A stretch of DNA of 64,000 bases from Paraspadella gotoi (Eukaryota > Animalia > Chaetognatha). This document shows positions 61,505 to 64,000 of this stretch, piece after piece. Numbering within the stretch: the stretch's first letter is position 1; every line of letters begins with the position of its first letter. The stretch covers positions 4,292,931 through 4,356,930 of the forward strand of contig CM119266.1 in NCBI GenBank assembly GCA_051294375.1, given 5' to 3'. The translations under genes and the position numbers were made by a program. The notes under the pieces were generated by a model. The model searched no databases, had not been told where the DNA came from, and saw only the letters and a list, made by a program, of their open reading frames with translations.

Positions 61505-64000
61505 AAAGTGTTTTAAAACTTTGACTCTAAATTCCTCCTAACTGGAATACTTTTCTTAAAATGTCTCTCTATTAGTTTTCTACAAATGTTTTTAAGATTC
61601 CTAAAAAAAATTTTAATTCAAAATTCTTGCAGTCGTTTAGGCTGCAACTCTTCAAATTCAGTGTAGATTCAGTGTAGCTCGAATTTCTTTACCATCTATT
61701 TAACCAAAGATTTTGTTCACAATTGGAAATCCAACCGAGTGATAAGATTAATTGTTTAACTCTGTCCTTCAAAATTTCTCTTTACCGTGTTTTAACTTTT
61801 TACCTACAATTTTTTAACAACTATATAAAAAAGATTTTTTAAAAAATGTGCTTACCGATTTAATTTTACACTTTTCTCATTTACGGATTAAAAAAAATTA
61901 TGTAAAATGGAATGTTTACATATAAAAAAAACTAACTTTTTTTTGTGATTACTGATGACTACGATATATTTCTTGATGTGATAGCTGTAATACATAGAAG
62001 TTTACGAATAGTGAAGCTGAATGACCCTTCCTCTTAAAATAAATTCTTTTGGCGTTTAAAATCTGCTGTGTGTCTATTACCACATTTAAAAAAAAACAAA
62101 TAAATTCCTTAGTCTCTATACAACATTTTAACAATTGCACTATTTGATTCGCAAGAATATTTACATTGTTGTCTTTAAAAAAACAAGTATGAGGAAACAT
62201 TGTCGGATCTTCCTACGATAATTAAGCGGTAATCAGCTTATCAGACGATAAATCACGATAAATCTTTCAATTAATGATCCTATCTGATCATAACAGATCG
62301 TACCATACCAAAACAGTGGCTGCGCCAATACATGTAAATCGCTTGCAAGGGATTAAACTGAACTTTTTTCAACTCGCATCATTTTTTCAACTTGCATAAT
62401 TTTTTCAACTTGCATCATTTTTTTAAATTGCATCATTTTTTCACTTTAATTAATTATTTAATTAAATCATTTATGAGTAAGCATAAATAATAATTAATAA
62501 ATATTCAAGTAAATGTGGCTTATGTTTTTTCCATTTAAACTCATTTCTACTGGTAAAATTCCATCGAAACTTTATATCTAGCTCTAACTCATAACTGCCT
62601 CTTTACTTTAGAAGGGAAGTCTGGCGTTAAGCTTCCGAGATAAAAATTAGCGAATAAAAAAGTTGTTATTTTACTCACTGAATAAAAATACTTAAAATAC
62701 TTGCAAAATACATAAAATTGATAAAATTATTATTGTGATAACATTGTCCAATCACATGCAATATATCTAGTGCCTTTTTATTCATTGAAATCGATAGATA
62801 TTAACTAAAAATATTAGAATTAATTTTTCTTTTTGATATATAAGAGAACCGAACTTTCGTCGCTTGATGTCATCAGGTTACTAGTAAATATTCGTTTGAG
62901 GATTCCAAATCTGTTTTTAAAATTGACCTACGTAGACGCGCATAGACGCGATATGCCATGAAAGCAAGTTGTTTGGTTCCACTTAAATTTTTAGCTTCGG
63001 CCGAGTCACTTAATTGGTAATAAAAAAATTGATTTTCTTTGATATCTTTTGAACCAAAAATGATAGAACGATAAGACTGGTATCATATTAAAACCATAAT
63101 TATGGGGCATCTTTTCCATATAATTTTTTAAAAATGTTTCAAAGGATTTTTTTAAAATCTTGATCGGAATCTTAGTCAAAAGTAAAACAACTTTTGAAAT
63201 TAAATTAAACGCACTTGGCCACATTTAAAAAAATAAATAGAATATAGATTCTGAAAGAGAAAAGATTGAATTATGTTTGTGATATAAAACAAAAATTTTC
63301 TATACCTCAAATGTTTATATAATTACTAAGGATAATGATTATCATTTTGTTGAAAACAACAAAATTTAAAAAATTCATATGATTTAAATATGATAATTTA
63401 GGTGAGGCCAAACTTCGTCAATGGGGTGGGTTCAAACAGTGATGTTTGAGTTTGAGGCGAACTCTTTAGTTCCGAATGAGCATAAGTTAGTACATGAGTC
63501 AGTACGATGGTGCTGGAAGCGAACGAGCCTTTCGCATGAATATGGAGCATATTCTTAGATGTGATTCACAAGCAAAGCATTAGTGAATCATAGATTATTT
63601 TGTAATAGTGTATACGTGCTAAGGGCTGTTTAAGAATATCAGCTGATGCATGGAGCAGACATGTCCGCAATGGACTTTGCATTTTTTGAGTTGAATAACT
63701 TATTTCATTATGATATAGGAATAGCAGATGATCAACGATTGCTTATGTGAGGATGAATAGGCTGTAGTCCTGAGACAAGCGATAACTGGGTGCATTCGTC
63801 GATAGTGGCTGGGTGTTGCATACTGCTACTGTGATTTTACAATATGAGGTATGTTGAATAGATGAAAGGTCAAGAAAGTATGAGCGGCTGTGAGAGATAT
63901 TAAGAATTGAGTAAACATAACCTTAGAGAGAAAAGATCGATCAGTCTAATCATCTATTGCATTATCGATAGATTGGTTAGTCGAGTTGGGTCGTTTCTAA

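Noticed and set aside
63400-64000. Possible decayed LINE RT fragment (LLHASADILKQPLARI on the minus strand)
   Set aside because: One weak motif amid stops; not supportable without a search.

Overview
AT-rich, intron-rich metazoan (invertebrate) genomic DNA with a 99-base N gap at 23405-23503. Six protein-coding genes were read by manual exon joining. (1) A large minus-strand gene (about 957-35670) encodes a predicted type II membrane protein: cytoplasmic N-terminus, one TM helix, two EGF domains and at least five tandem, strongly diverged fibrinogen-related (FReD) domains. (2) A 5-exon secreted-protein gene lies on the + strand (24151-30225), probably nested in the long intron of gene 1. (3) Centriolin (CNTRL, +), head-to-head with gene 1. 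(4) An intronless cysteine string protein gene (DNAJC5, -). (5) KLHL18 (-). (6) A roughly 2300-aa RS/RE/Pro-rich protein (-) with one B-box and two helical segments resembling the EN-RT linker of LINE ORF2 proteins. Introns hold many non-autonomous elements: a TRIM family (2 full copies, 4 solo LTRs, TA...CA ends, 4-bp TSDs, PBS, PPT), an LTR followed by a 43-nt tRNA-Leu complement including CCA, hAT and Tc1/mariner-type MITEs, Helentron/DINE-like repeats, tRNA-derived SINEs, minisatellites and degenerate Penelope-type hammerhead motifs. Exon boundaries are approximate and no database searches were run.
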